Shown in pieces: positions 39,595 to 52,971 of a stretch of 64,000 nucleotides of DNA. Each line of letters opens with the position of its first letter. The first letter of the stretch is position 1. The notes beneath the pieces are model-generated. The model made no database searches and was not told where the DNA came from. It saw nothing but the letters and a program-made list of their open reading frames with translations. A program made the position numbers and the translations under genes. This stretch comes from Paramecium tetraurelia (Eukaryota). The stretch lies in assembly GCA_000165425.1 (NCBI GenBank), contig CT868085.1:310001-374000 (forward strand), written 5' to 3'.

Positions 39595-41194
39595 ATGTAA
39601 GTGATCTATCAAATGATTTGTTTAAGAAAGCACATATTGAAAAGCAAAACATATTATTTAGAAGTGCACGATGATTAAATGATATTGAGTGAGGTAATGA
39701 AATATAAACAACTATCAAGCATAAACACATGTCAAATGCTAAGTATGTAATAAAATATACATGGGACACAAGGATCATGTGGAAGTCATCTGACAGTTAA
39801 GAATTGTGTTCATTTGGAATAAATTATAATAATCGAATTAAATGGTTTGATTCTGATCACAATTCATTAAATTTACTTAAAATACACTTATCAGGGAAAA
39901 TATTTTTTGGGAACATTTCAATATTTTATGATTCAAATTAACTTTTAGGTTAAGGAGCATCATCTAAAGTATGTTTAGTTAAATGCAAAAAGAGCATATC
40001 ACAATATGCAGCAAAATGTATTTCTAAGAAATATTTGTTATAAAAAAAATCAAACGATAGAATTGTATGAAATCTTCTTAATTTTAAGAATAGACTATAA
40101 TAAGAGATATAAATCCTTTAGAAAATAGATCATCCAAGTTTTGTGAAGCTATACGAGATTTATTAAGGAGAGAATTCATATTACATAGTGACCGATTATC
40201 TGGAAGGAGACACTCTCTATAATTACATCAAGACGTATCCAGATGATCAATTGTCCTCATAATAAGTAAGAGAAGCCATCAAAGTAATCAATACTTATAA
40301 TGCTATCTAGATAATCCTAACAGCTTTGAATTATTTGGCTTCAATAAACATTATACACAGAGACATCAAACTCGAAAATGTATTGTTACAAAAGCCAAAT
40401 GATATTACATCATTGAAGGTTATTGACTTTGGATTAGCTATATATAAATATCCTCTTCAAAAATTGAGTGTTTGTGGAACACCTGGTTATATAGCACCAG
40501 AAATCCTAAAGCATGCTGATAAAGAAGAGTATTTCACTGAAAAATGTGATATCTTCAGTGCAGGTGTTATCTTCTTTAAATTGTAAGCAATCTCATATTA
40601 TCAATAGACTAACAAAGAAAACCTTATTCAGAGCATAAAACACAATAGAAATTATGGAAAAAAATAAAATATGTTAAATTAATTTTCAAGAATTTGAATT
40701 CAAATTATAGAAGGAAGCAATTAACTTATTAAAAGGCATGCTTGATCCAAATCCAAATACTAGATATTCTGCTTAGTAATGTTTAGATCATTCTTATTTC
40801 AGTTGCAAATTAGAAAATATCAACATTTTGTAAGAAATCTTAGATAAGGCTACAGGATTCTCAGGAATTACATAAATCAGTATAAAGTTCTTATTAATGA
40901 TTAGTTGATTAAAAGAACACGAATTCAATTGGATAAGAATGTCAAGCAGCTTAAGTTAAAAAATGCAATCCAACTTCATATAAAGTTAGGATGGAATTAC
41001 GCAAGAGAACTAAAAGTCCTAGAAAGTATGCTGATTTCTAATTCTACTATCCTTCTTTTTGTTAAAAGAATTCATGTGAAAGTCTTAGCAGTAAGGGATC
41101 ATCCTATAATGGGTCCCAATTTGAAAATTTTATAAATGATAAACTTGATTCTGTCATTGAGGAAGATGAGAAACAATAAATACATAAACAATGA
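39595..41194 (+). CDS. CAMK-like Ser/Thr kinase with N-terminal PH-like region
   Basis: LGQGASSKV, YAAK, HRDIKLEN, DFGLA, CGTPGYIAPE, DIFSAG; short introns. Confidence 0.92.
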
Positions 41195-41473
41195 AATACT
41201 TACTATTTATTTTATCGTAATTATAGAATATTTATTAATTTGACATAATTACTTATTTGTTTGCTTATGAGCAGCTCAAAAAAATATAATTTTGGAAAGG
41301 TAATTGTATAAATTATGAGAATATTAAAATTATAAGAAATTCTTTAATAAAAAGTATCAGCTTATTATAATATTCATTAACCACGGGGTTGATGGTTGAG
41401 AATATTAAGCTTAGCAGAATTATTAGACAAAATTCAAAGGATTTTTTAAAAAAATATAAAATCTTGTCTTAAA

Positions 41474-42415
41474 ATGAATAGCAATCAAGACTTAAAAGAA
41501 GTGTGTGTTGAATAAATCTAAGAATGTGAAACCTAACAGAAACACTTAGATGAACCACATTACAGAGATGATGATGATCAAGTATAAAATTCCATTATCT
41601 TAGTAAGGAGATCAATACTCTGAAGAAGAAGAATAAGTTCCTATCTACTCACCTTATCAACTCTCTTTATATAAGAAACCAGCTCCTCGAACTTTAGAGG
41701 AATTTCATTTAGACGAGGATCCAAAAAAGAAGGTTTGCATTGAAGAATGCTCAACCACAGAGTAATCACAAGACCATCATGCTATGGGTGACTTAGAAAT
41801 ACTAGCAGAAATGCTATAAAAAGAAAATTAGAAAAAATTCTCATATCCAAAAAATCTTCCAATTCCAACTAATGTAGATGAACATTTCTCTAAACTTAAG
41901 AATGCAGATTTCATCCATCCCAAAGAGATGCAGAAGAACTTTATTTTGAATCCTATGTTTAAATCTGAATGAATATCATGAGCAATCAAAATAGGAATTG
42001 GTGTGAATGAAGATTCTTAATTGGATGATGAAACACTTTAAGTTTTGAGGGATTGGGGTAGAAACAATTTGGTGGTACATCTACAAAACCCATGAGTTCA
42101 TTAAAGAGAGATGGGCTAGAGAAATAGAAGAGTAAGCTAGATTATCTTGAGAAGAGAGCATAGTTCGAAACATACGAGAAGGAAAGTTCACTATCATGTA
42201 AGATAAAGAGTTGCTGAAAGAGCGATTAAGAGTCAAAGGCAGATTTGTTACATGGACACAAGTATTCCATTCAATTTTATAATTAGGCTTTAAAAATGTT
42301 GAATCAATAATAAGACACAATCAAATCATGGACCTATAATGATTACTTTAAGATTAAAAATTTACTAAATGAGAAATTTGGAGCCATTAGAAGTGAAAAA
42401 TCACTAAAGTTTTGA
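41474..42415 (+). pseudogene. CCT-motif (CONSTANS/TOC1-type) protein with clustered frameshifts; pseudogene or local sequence error
   Basis: RKVHYHVRQRVAE (42180-42218) and ERLRVKGRFV (42220-42249) are separated by one extra A; further frame breaks at 41955-42180; the 5' and 3' exons and introns look intact. Confidence 0.7.
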
Positions 42416-42479
42416 TTCTTAAACTTTTGTATTTAAAATTTGTGTATTCTTGTTTTATAATATAATATTTATGTAAAAT

Positions 42480-44384
42480 TCAATAAATTTATACACTTTA
42501 ATTATGCTACCTAACAAAGTGAGACACCTGCAATTATACTTCATCAGTATTTTATTATTTCTTGAATATTTTAGGTAATTTTAATTATTAAATTAAGGAT
42601 ATTTTTGAATCCAAATTTTTTTATGTAGGAGTCTTTAAATTTAAAGATGAATATTAATGTTAAAATTACGACTACATTATCTTAGCCTTCCTACTCTATT
42701 GAATTTCAATCAGAGGACATTCAATTGTTAATTGTAAAGGCTTCTCTTTCGTATGCTAAGTTATAAATTCATAATAAGATTAAATGTTCGTGGGTTTATG
42801 TTATATCTTCCCTAGAATTTCCTTTTATAATTTTTATTGAGAATTTTTATGAGAATTTCTCTCTGAATTCTTTTAAGGTAAAGGTAACTTTGATTTTTGA
42901 GACAACCTATTGTTTGTAGTCAAACTGACCTTTTCAGAGGTATCTTCATCATCCTAAGTTTTAACGCAATGTGGTGAGGTTAAAGAGTTTAAATAGTATT
43001 CCTCATTAAATTATACCGATTTTTGTTATCCGAGAAAGATGTCTTTAGATATCTTTTTATTCTAATCTAATTTAGCAATCAATTTATTCAGTTTATTGAG
43101 TGTCTCCCCATGACAACAATATAATTTAAACCTCTTATAAATTTATAACTAATATACATCTGCAGGTAAAAAAAGCATTTTGGATTTTTCAGTTAAACAA
43201 ACAGCCTTTGATTATCTATGTTCATAATTTTGAACAATCTCCAAATAACCAAACAATTAACCATATCCACATCTATTCAATTTTAATTGAATGTTTTTAG
43301 AGCCTTAATTAATATTATTTCTTACTCAAAGATCTATTCATTCGTTTTACTAATTGACTTTCATTTTAATTATCGTTCTTGGCATTTTAAGTAATTTCAA
43401 CTTGCCCATCTAACAAAAAATAAACTCCTCTAAAAATAACATCAGAAGTTACTTGACAATCTCGCCTTCCTTATAAATCTAAGTATTATAACAAAATTCA
43501 ATAGGTTGTAAATGATATTGCATTTAATTTAATTCAGTATCATTCCAATCATTAAATATAGAAATCGATTTTAAGAACTCAAAATTCTTTTGTTAGATTC
43601 TACTATAATATTCAGCTATGATTGATAATCAGTAATAATACATAAAAATTTATTGAAGGCCTCTCTTGATAAAGTAATAAATTAAGACTCCTCTTTGCAT
43701 ACAATTGTTGCTTGTCTTGGAATGAAATTTGTAAGCGCAATTTCACCAAAACTTCCACCTGAAGCAATCTAACCTACCTTCATCATATTCGGATATTTGG
43801 ATAACAACATATTTTCATCATCTAAATCTGCAAACTCAAATTCATCCTAAAATATCAAATTTATAATACCTAAAAAGTGCCCTCATTATAATCAGCTTTC
43901 TTCTCATCCTTTGTGAATCCTCCATTCTACAAACCAGATTTCCCTACCAATACCTAATTAATTTATTATACTATAATACCCAAACAGCCCCACTTAGAAT
44001 GATATAAAAATTCTTACCAATATCTCCTAATCGAAATAATGTTCTTCTTGCTGGCACTTCTACATATTATAATTCCTAATTGGATTATAGATTATACTCT
44101 AAATAAATTTAACATCTCATCTTAACTTGTTGATTTACTCATTTCTTAAAAATATTTGATCGATGAAAATGCCATTGATAACAATTACAATTCATTAGAA
44201 GTTCTTTGTTTTTTTGGTTTTTCCAAAATATCAATGATTACCTAAATATTTATGTTAGTTATAATACTTAAAAATGCTCCTTGTTTTATAGATCTATGTA
44301 TTCTTTTGCCAATATCTCTTTAACCTATTATTAAAGATGGAGTTATTATTTTATTTTCTCAATGTTTGATAATTAATGACTCAT
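42480..44384 (-). CDS. protein with two cyclic-nucleotide-binding domains
   Basis: LFRLGDIGKNFYIILSG...GGSFGEIALTNFIPRQATIVC; second degenerate CNBD YKEGEIV...GQLFGYLEIV...HRQSKAVC; no kinase domain seen. Confidence 0.85.
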
Positions 44385-44559
44385 TTATTTTATATATATA
44401 AATTATGTAATCCCTAAAGAATAATATTTAATATTAATTAATTAAAATTATGTAAATTTATTATATTTGTCATTAACATATCATTGCTAGCCTTCATAGA
44501 ATTTAATTATTTACAATAATTATTAATATATATATAAATTCAAAATGATTTATAATTAA

Positions 44560-45145
44560 ATGCAGAATCAACCATTCAAATTCTCAAAAATCAACTTTTC
44601 TAACCCGAACTCCTCCTTTCACAAATATGTTAAAGATGAAGCACAATCAATATAAATGCCTGAATCTATAATAGAGGATTAGCATAGATCCTCTATTTCT
44701 ACTGAAGGATCGTATGACAATTCAGAATCTTAAAACATTAATAAAAAAGGAAAGATCACCAAAATTAAAGATAGGGATTAACTACAACCTTAAAAGTCAG
44801 AGACTAAAAACATTCCCAAAAATTTCGGAGTCTTATTAAAGAAATATTTATGTATTCATTTCTCCTAGATTACTAGGTAGCAAAAATACAGAAAATTAAG
44901 CTATCAAAGCTTTCTTGAAAAATGGAGAACATAAGAAGAACTTCTCTAGACAGGATTTTACCAGGTTGTTTCATGATCCAATTGCAGCTGATTTATCAAG
45001 GCAATATTTTTCTGGATTTCAAATTATTCATGATCTTATGATAAGTGAAAAAATACAAGATGTTAAGAACCATATCAAATATATAAGTAAGTTTTATAAT
45101 TCTACTTACAATAAATAAGAGCTAGACGAACTTAAATTATAATGA
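44560..45145 (+). CDS. hypothetical protein with KSETKNIPKNFG motif
   Basis: ATG 44560, one short intron, TGA 45143-45145; overlaps the supplied ORF 44915-45118 in frame. Confidence 0.65.
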
Positions 45146-46207
45146 ATATTTTTAATTAATATTAGTATTGGAAATTCTATTTTTCAGCAAGTTAATTAAT
45201 TTTATCATTTCACTTCAACCTCTCAAAATTTAGAACCATTTATTATATTCAAATTAATGAAATAAGATAAATATAAACATGAAGAATATCAAAAGGTTTT
45301 ACTATAATAATATCAAAGTTATTAAATCTTGGTGCTTAAAAAAAATATTGATTATGAAATCAAAATTGTTATATAAAAAGGTTTGATATATTTATAAGAA
45401 GCATCAGCAATTTATTCTGTAAACCATGAAAATAATAATGAAAGGCCATGCTATATAATAGAATAAAGTTAAGAATTAATTATTAAGATTAGTCAATTAG
45501 CCAGTTCTCTAAAAATTTGAGATTAGTTTATTAATATCAGAGTTCCGCTTGAATTTGATCAAAAATGAGCTATTTAGAAAACATTTTACATTCACAGGCC
45601 CACTAAAGAAAATAGTGGAAATTACAACAATTATTTTATGATTGGTGAACTCTATCAAAAAGGTTTAATATTTTTTTATTATTAAGAAGAATTGAAGAAT
45701 TAAATTATATTCTTAGAATTTGGGAATAGGTAAAATAACAAAAGTGTCATAAGCCAATCAAAAGTCATTAATTAGATTTGGGCTCTATTAGTACTACGAA
45801 ATTGTGTTTCATTGATTGATAATCGTGCTTTACTCATTTTCTAAACTTATGATGAATGTAATGAGGGATGTTTATCATCAATTCTCGATGAAGATGAATT
45901 ATTTTTTATTGATAATATTTACTACTTAATTTTTATTTTGATTATTATATCTCCTTATGCTAAACTATTATTTCTAATCATTATTATATATAGAATCATA
46001 ACAATTTTCAATATTTGGCTTTATCTTTGTTCACTTTATTCCCCATGAAATTGCTTCAAATTTTTTGGATTTACTATTATTCTTTTCTCAAGTATTAAAG
46101 AAGATAATTAAGATTGTAAATATAGGCAAAGTCTCTCATTCTCTTATTGATATCAAATGAATTTTATAATTTAATCATTGTAAATATTAAATACTATAAA
46201 ATAAGAA

Positions 46208-46886
46208 TCAATCTCTCTAAGAAAAGAAATAATCTTTATTCGATTTTTACTTTTTATAATCTAATACTTATTTCTCTGTGTTATTAGGTTTTAATATGTA
46301 AGATTTATTATTAGACTATGGAATTGCAGTAAAATAAAATTAATTTTATGGCTGTCTTGATTGTTTTTTATAAGGAGAATTTGTCATTAATGAATTGCTT
46401 CCAATATTGAAATTTATTTAAGTATTATTTCCAACACAATTTTATTTAGGCGAATGTAATTATTAATCCATGTTTTCTTTATGAAATGAAAATTCCATAT
46501 TTTAGTTACATTATTGTTAAATTTAGCGTTATAATTGCTTTATCAATTCTTCTTATTATCTAATAATAAGATCTTTGTCATCTGCCTCAGTTTGAGTAAA
46601 TTGATTTTCTCTTTTAATAAATTTAACTTTGCATCGACTTAAATCTGGTAATTTTTAAAATTGATTGACTTTGTTTAGATCATTTATCTGAACTTCACTT
46701 ACTTAACTTTATTACAATCCTTGAACATTAAATTCTTCTGTTTGTAATGGAGGTGATCTCGTTACTTAACTATTTGAAATTGGAATTATGCTTGGAGTAT
46801 TTCTTCGCTCAGAACTTTAAGATGTATCAAAAATTCTCGCTCTTTTTGCTGATGAACTTGAATTTTATAAGTAATTTGATCGTTAG
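46208..46886 (-). CDS. hypothetical Q/N/S-rich protein
   Basis: ATG 46886 (MQSTNNSQRSNYLQNSSSSAKRARIFDT...) to TGA 46208-46210. Confidence 0.55.
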
Positions 46887-47489
46887 GAATTATTTGTACT
46901 TTACATTTGATTTTTTTTAATTAATTATATATATACATTAATTCAAAATATCACTCAATATTTCTAAGAACCCAAGACTTTTAATTAATGATTATGATAT
47001 TAACACTTAAATTAGTTGTTTAAATTGATAAATGAATTTTCTTTAAGGAGAAATTAGGTTGGAGATTGTATTTCTTCTAAATATTCAATTACATTATTAT
47101 TAACAAAATTGAAATTAGAAAGAGACTCATCATAAAAATAATTCGTTACTCTACTATTTTCAAATTAAACTTTAATTAATTGTTAAATAAACAATAATTT
47201 AGAAATATTAGATCTATAAAATTGCTCTACTTTATTAATATTAAATCAAACGTAGATTTTCTTAATATTTAATTGATTCAAATCGTAATATTTTCTTTCA
47301 GAATAATTATATGAATTATAATTATTTTTTAAATTTTGTGATAATTTACTAAAAATGATAAAATGAGGTTATTTAATTCAATAATAATGTTGTTTAATGT
47401 TAATTCAATTAAATATTGTTTTATACGATTAAATTCAATTTAAAAAGTAAAAGGGCAGTGCAGATTCATAATAAAAATTCATCATAAAT

Positions 47490-47930
47490 TGATGTAACTT
47501 GTAATTTTTTAGTAGATTTAATATATGTTTAGGCTATTAATTTAAGGGCTCTTAATATTGAAATCATATTATTCTTTTGGTTTATTATTTTATTTTAATT
47601 AATTGTATAATGACTAATGGTTTTGTTGGAGATTGGTTTCTTTATTTTAATTCATTAATTTTATTATAAAAAATCGTATCACATGATAAGAATAAGTAAA
47701 ATATTACTAAGAAGAAGGATAATTTTATTAATGAAAAAGTCTTAATTGTTATTTAAGGTACTTTTGATAATCAAAAAATAAAGCCTATTTGATAAATAAG
47801 ACTAAATTGAGAATAAAAATAAGTAAATTAGTCAGGAAAACAAAAATAATAATGAAAATCAAAACCATTAGAATTAAGGTGATGTAAATAATATTCAAGC
47901 TCAAAGCAAAAAAAGGAAACTAGATTAGAA
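47490..47930 (+). pseudogene. decayed, truncated duplicate of the 5' region of the IQ-MORN gene (about 16075-16590)
   Basis: Collinear shared blocks: taacttgtaatttttt, gggctcttaa, ggagattg.tttctttattt.aattcattaattttatt, aaggtacttttgataatc, agtcaggaaaa, aataatattca, ggaaactagat; no MORN repeats follow. Confidence 0.8.
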
Positions 47931-48081
47931 TTTGAGAAGGATATTAAATTGATTTGCTAAGAAATAGCACTTATCGTTAGAAAAAGTAGGAAGTTGAAAT
48001 TTATTAGTTCATAATCATTATCATCGTTCAATTAAATTATTTACAATGAAATTTTTAAATCAATTATTCAGAATCATTATT

Positions 48082-48600
48082 TCATTTTGGAGAAAACAGT
48101 TTATTTGACAAATGACTGGATATTAATTTCTTATTACTCGTTTCCAACAATTTCAACTTCATTTTTTAATCTCTTAAACTCGATTTATTTAAAAGTACAA
48201 CATGAAGAAATTGACAAATTCGAACTAATTTTGTGTTCCTTGAAGTATTTGTGGATTTCAAAAATTCTTATTTCTTTGTGGAACAGCTCAATTCATTTTT
48301 TAAAATATTATCTATTATAGGAGCATATAATTTCATTAAATCAAGAAATATGGAAGACTTTAATAATAGTTTTAGATGAATATCATTCTTTATTTGTTTT
48401 ATATGATTATCTGTTAAATAATCTGATATTAAGAAGGATAATTTGAGTTTTGTTAGACTTTCAAAATATGTAGATACAGATTTTAGTGTAAATGAGGAAT
48501 TTTGAGTTTATATTATTAAAAATAACATAATAAATTTAAGCGAAAAGAAGCCTTAATATCAATAATGAAACTGGTTAAAACACTTCTCAATTTATCCATA
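48082..48600 (-). CDS. hypothetical protein; 5' end unresolved
   Basis: Open ciliate-code frame TQNSSFTLKSVSTYFESLTKLKLSFL...KLFSPK-stop. Confidence 0.3.
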
Positions 48601-49171
48601 TTTTTGGTTGGATTATAAACACAAGCAGGTTTCACTCCATCCAATAAATTCTAATATTTTATTTTGTATATAAATCAAATCAAATCTCCATTAGTTTGAC
48701 ATCATTAAAATCATATTATTTTCTAAAAAATGTAAAAATGAATCAAATTTTATATTTAGAAAAGTTGAAATTCTTTTGAATTAAAATTGTTGTTATTGCC
48801 TTATTTTTCAAGAATTTTAACACCTTCAAATTAAATCAAATATAAATCTTCTACATTTAAATTGAAGATTCAGTTCATTGTTAGTTAATTTGTAAATTAA
48901 AGCTTTTGCTCTATTATTAATAAACATTATTGGATCATTTTCCTAATTATAATAGAAAATTCAAATCTCGCTGAATTCCTAAATTCTACTTTTAAAATTT
49001 ATTATTAATATCAAAATGAATTAGGAAATCAAACAAGCTAAATATGGTTTAATAATGAGAATGATAGCAATCAGATTCGAGACTGTCATTTTGGTAAAAA
49101 AAATTGAAAATTTTTTTGTGATAATTATAACTTAATCTTTTAAACTTATCCGAATATTAAATACTGATTAA

Positions 49172-50843
49172 ATGAAACAAAAAAGGGTAGTTAAAGTGGA
49201 TAATGAAAGAATCAAAAAATTATAAATAAAGGAAACTAGTGTTAACTTAGATTGGCTGCTAAAATAACCAAATATTAATGAAATCTAATCAACATTGTAA
49301 TTTATATCACTCATCGATTTGAATATCGAAATAGATAATTTTGATATATAAGGCGTCTGCCATACTGTTTATAACAATCAGATATAATTGAAATATATTT
49401 CAATAGCAAACGATTTATTAATTTTCTAGGAAAGTAATTGTGTAGTTTTGAGTGGCTGTGTTATCTAAAAGAGAAAATTTCATAGTAATCATAATTAACT
49501 ATTTTTGATTTCTTTATAAAATCAAAGTGGAAAACTGCTATTGCTATTCTAACATCCAATATCATAAAAAGAATGGTATAAGGTTTTAAAATTATCAGCC
49601 ATATAAATCGATTTTCTTAAGAAATATAGGATATTAGATAACATATGTTTAAACTTTTATTATGTGTCACACAAAAAAAAGAAGAAAAAATACGCAGCTC
49701 AAATTATAAATAGAAAAAACTTTAAACTCTATGATTAATAAGATGTCATAAATAATTATATAAAAATTTTAAGAAATAATAATATCTAAAATGTTTTTCC
49801 AATTATTAGTATATTTGATGAAAATGATATTCTATATCTAATCACTGAATAATTTGTAGGTAGCGCTTTTGAATAATTATTATCTAGTCAGAATACCGTA
49901 ATTACTCAATCTGATTTAGCTTTTATAATCTTTTCTGTTCTTTAGAATTTGAAAAGTTTATAAGATGAAGATCTGTTTCATGGAAACTTAAATCTAGATA
50001 ATATTGTCATTATCAATTCATCAAGTTAGGTCGGAGTCTATGTGATTAATCCAATTTACAAAGTAATTTTTATGTTTAGCTTAGGTTTACAAATCAAAAT
50101 CTATTGAGTATTATGTCCACACTATTCCTGATTATCTTGTTGCCCCTGAAATAAATGATACCTAAGCTCCGTCAGTTTCTAGTGATATTTACTAATTGGG
50201 GATCCTTTTGTTGTTGGTCAGCTTTTAATGTGCGTCAGAAAAACTCGATGGTTCGTTTGTTCAAAAAGTGTTAAAAAATAAATAATTTTTGGTATCTTCC
50301 CAAGAGATCAAGTTTTAAAAGTGCCAAGATTCAGATTACCCTCATCTTTACAGTGCTTGCTAACTAGATTTAATCAAGAAAATGACTGAGAAAGATCCAA
50401 CTAAAAGAATTTAGGTTTAAGATGCAATGAAACATGCATGGTTTATAAATACTAAAGATAAACTTAAAATGCAAAAATAATATTTCAATAAGCATTTACC
50501 TAGCCTAAAAACGATTATAGAAATGGTCGAATAAAGTGAGTAAGATATTAGAAGAAAATCCCTGTAATAATCAGGAATTAATTTTACCCATCAAATGGTA
50601 TCAATTTAAAAATACGAATTCAGTCCCTACAGACAACAATAACCAGAATTTAGTCCCCTAAAAAAGACATCAGAAAGTTTAAATGAAATTGTTGACGAAG
50701 AACATTAAATAAGCAATTTAATTGATTAGTTGAATAACAAATAATATCTGATGTTGCCTTCGCAATATAATCATCTCAATTAAGCCAATAATTAGTTGAG
50801 ATTCATCCAATCTGAAAATAATTTAGACTAATTTCAAGTTTGA
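49172..50843 (+). CDS. pseudokinase (kinase fold, catalytic motifs degenerate)
   Basis: FHGNLNLDNI in place of HRDLKxxN and INPI in place of DFG; retains VAPE, SDIYQLG and MTEKDPTKRI...AMKHAWF. Confidence 0.78.
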
Positions 50844-50962
50844 AAATATCATATCAATTCTTATTGGTTATAAATTTTATATTATAATATCGGGGTATAA
50901 ACTTCGAAAATTAATCTCAATTATGTGATAAAAGATATCAGATTTTCATCACTAATATTATT

Positions 50963-51718
50963 ATGAACTAGCAAAATTCAGATGCAGAAATGAGATTTGT
51001 CAACTCCACAACTTCATCCCCCCATACTCATAAACTTGCTAGATAAATACATCCTTTAGAATAAACGTATAGTTAACAAGAATATGATTCAACTCCTATT
51101 GTATTAAAACTAAATAAACTAGCCATCTAACAACCTATTAGTTCTAACTAAGAAGAAAATTAGAAAAGAATTGTCATAAAATTAAAAATGCAATAGTGGA
51201 CATTGGACTCCTGAAGAACATTAGACATATGTAGAATTTCTTCAAAACCATTAAACATAATCAATAAGTAGTTAAGAAAATAAGAAAAACAATAAAATCT
51301 TTAAGCTTATGTCTTAAACGATTGGAACTAGATCACCATCATAATGTAGGTAACTTTAACCTATAAATTAGGTCTCATCATTAAAAATTCAATCCTAATA
51401 CCCCAGTAAGTTAGAAAAGAATCAAAAAAACCAACAAATAATTAAGTACTCATAAACTCTATATTCTAGATTCTAATTTTCAGATTAAATTACCAATCAA
51501 TAATTTGATTAAGCAATTCTATACTCCTGACCTTAAACCTAATTTAGGTTTACATTATGATTATTTTAGAGCCTATGTTGAACTTTTAAGATTGCCATGA
51601 GTCATAAGATATCCAATAGGAGGAATCTTTCAAAATTAGAATTCGAAAGTATTCATATAGCAATTTCGATGATAATTAAAATATTTATAATTCTCATTAC
51701 AATCTCCTTTTGGAATGA
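50963..51718 (+). CDS. single-repeat Myb-like (SHAQKY-type) DNA-binding protein
   Basis: NSGHWTPEEHQTYVEFL...IFKLMSQTIGTRSPSQCRSHHQKF (intron-split). Confidence 0.88.
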
Positions 51719-52303
51719 GCTATAATAAATAATTTAAATTCTTAAAGTTAATTATTCAAACATTTGTCGGATTTTTACAGTTAAAAAATAATTAATCATC
51801 GTTATTATTTTAAATAAATCACTCATCAAGAATATAAATTAGAAATATTCCCTTATTTCATCTAGATTTATTTATAGATCTTGAACTGAATTCAAATCCT
51901 CATCACTAAAAGACATTATGATTATTTGATTATTAACTTTTTCAACTCATTCTCAAATTCTTTTTAGATTATTTTTTTGTGGAATTCTTTAGACAACCCA
52001 TACGTAATATTACTTCATAGATATTGATGTAAATTGTAAAATATAATATTTTATATTAAAATTTTAGATAAAGTATTTTTTAATTCTTATTAAAGTAATC
52101 TTTGGTTTACCTTGATTCTATCTCTTTAGTTCTAGTTATATTATTAATTTAAACTTTAAATAAGAATACAGAAATAAAAATGCAATTCCAAATTTATAAA
52201 AAATAGTTCCTTTTTAATCAACTTCCTCTCTACTTTTTATTGTACTAAAAACTTCACTCTCTGTATATAAAACTTTATGAAAATCAAAATATATTTAAAT
52301 TAA

Positions 52304-52624
52304 TCATAATATGTAAAGTAAAATCCCAAACCCTAGAATAGTTGAAAAACATTTCTCAAGGCATCGATAATAAGATTGTACATCTCCAGTAGTTGCATTT
52401 CCAATTAGACCAGCACAGGTTTTATAATAGAGAACCCTATCACTACCAGTAAGGCAGTATTCGCTTGATTGCATTATATAAACAACTTCAGCTGTGACAG
52501 CACAAGCTTGACCACATTTATCTCTTAGATCTCTGCAATTATTCCATAGACAATTGGCATATTCAACCTCTGTGTTAGATTTCAGCCCTTGCATTAAGCA
52601 AGCAAAAAAAATTAGTAATTTCAT
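52304..52624 (-). CDS. small secreted Cys-rich protein, probably GPI-anchored
   Basis: Intronless 106 aa; hydrophobic N-term signal MKLLIFFACL, 8 Cys in the mature region, hydrophobic C-term STILGFGILLYIL ending at TGA. Confidence 0.8.
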   Translation of the reverse strand: MKLLIFFACLMQGLKSNTEVEYANCLWNNCRDLRDKCGQACAVTAEVVYIMQSSEYCLTGSDRVLYYKTCAGLIGNATTGDVQSYYRCLEKCFSTILGFGILLYIL

Positions 52625-52971
52625 AAATATTAATAAATTATATATGATTTTAGTGTGTACTATTATAAATTTAGAGAAAAGAAATATTATATATATTGAA
52701 TTATTATCTTTAAACCGTTACAAAAGAGCTAGGAAATTTGGAATTTTGTCTTCTATAAAAGAAACCACAACAAGTAAATGGTAAATAAATAATGCAGAAA
52801 CAATTTAAATTTGTAAAAACACCTACCAATTTGCAAGAATATTAAATCAGGATTTTTTGCATAAATCTTAAAATTAATTATGAATTTATGACATGCAATT
52901 AGTTAAATTAATATTATGTTTATCTCAATTTGTTATGATACATATAGATAAATAATTTTTTTTTAGTATGC

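Noticed and set aside
45258..46050. Possible membrane-protein gene
   Set aside because: Interrupted by TGA stops and no family motif; hydrophobicity is explained by T-richness
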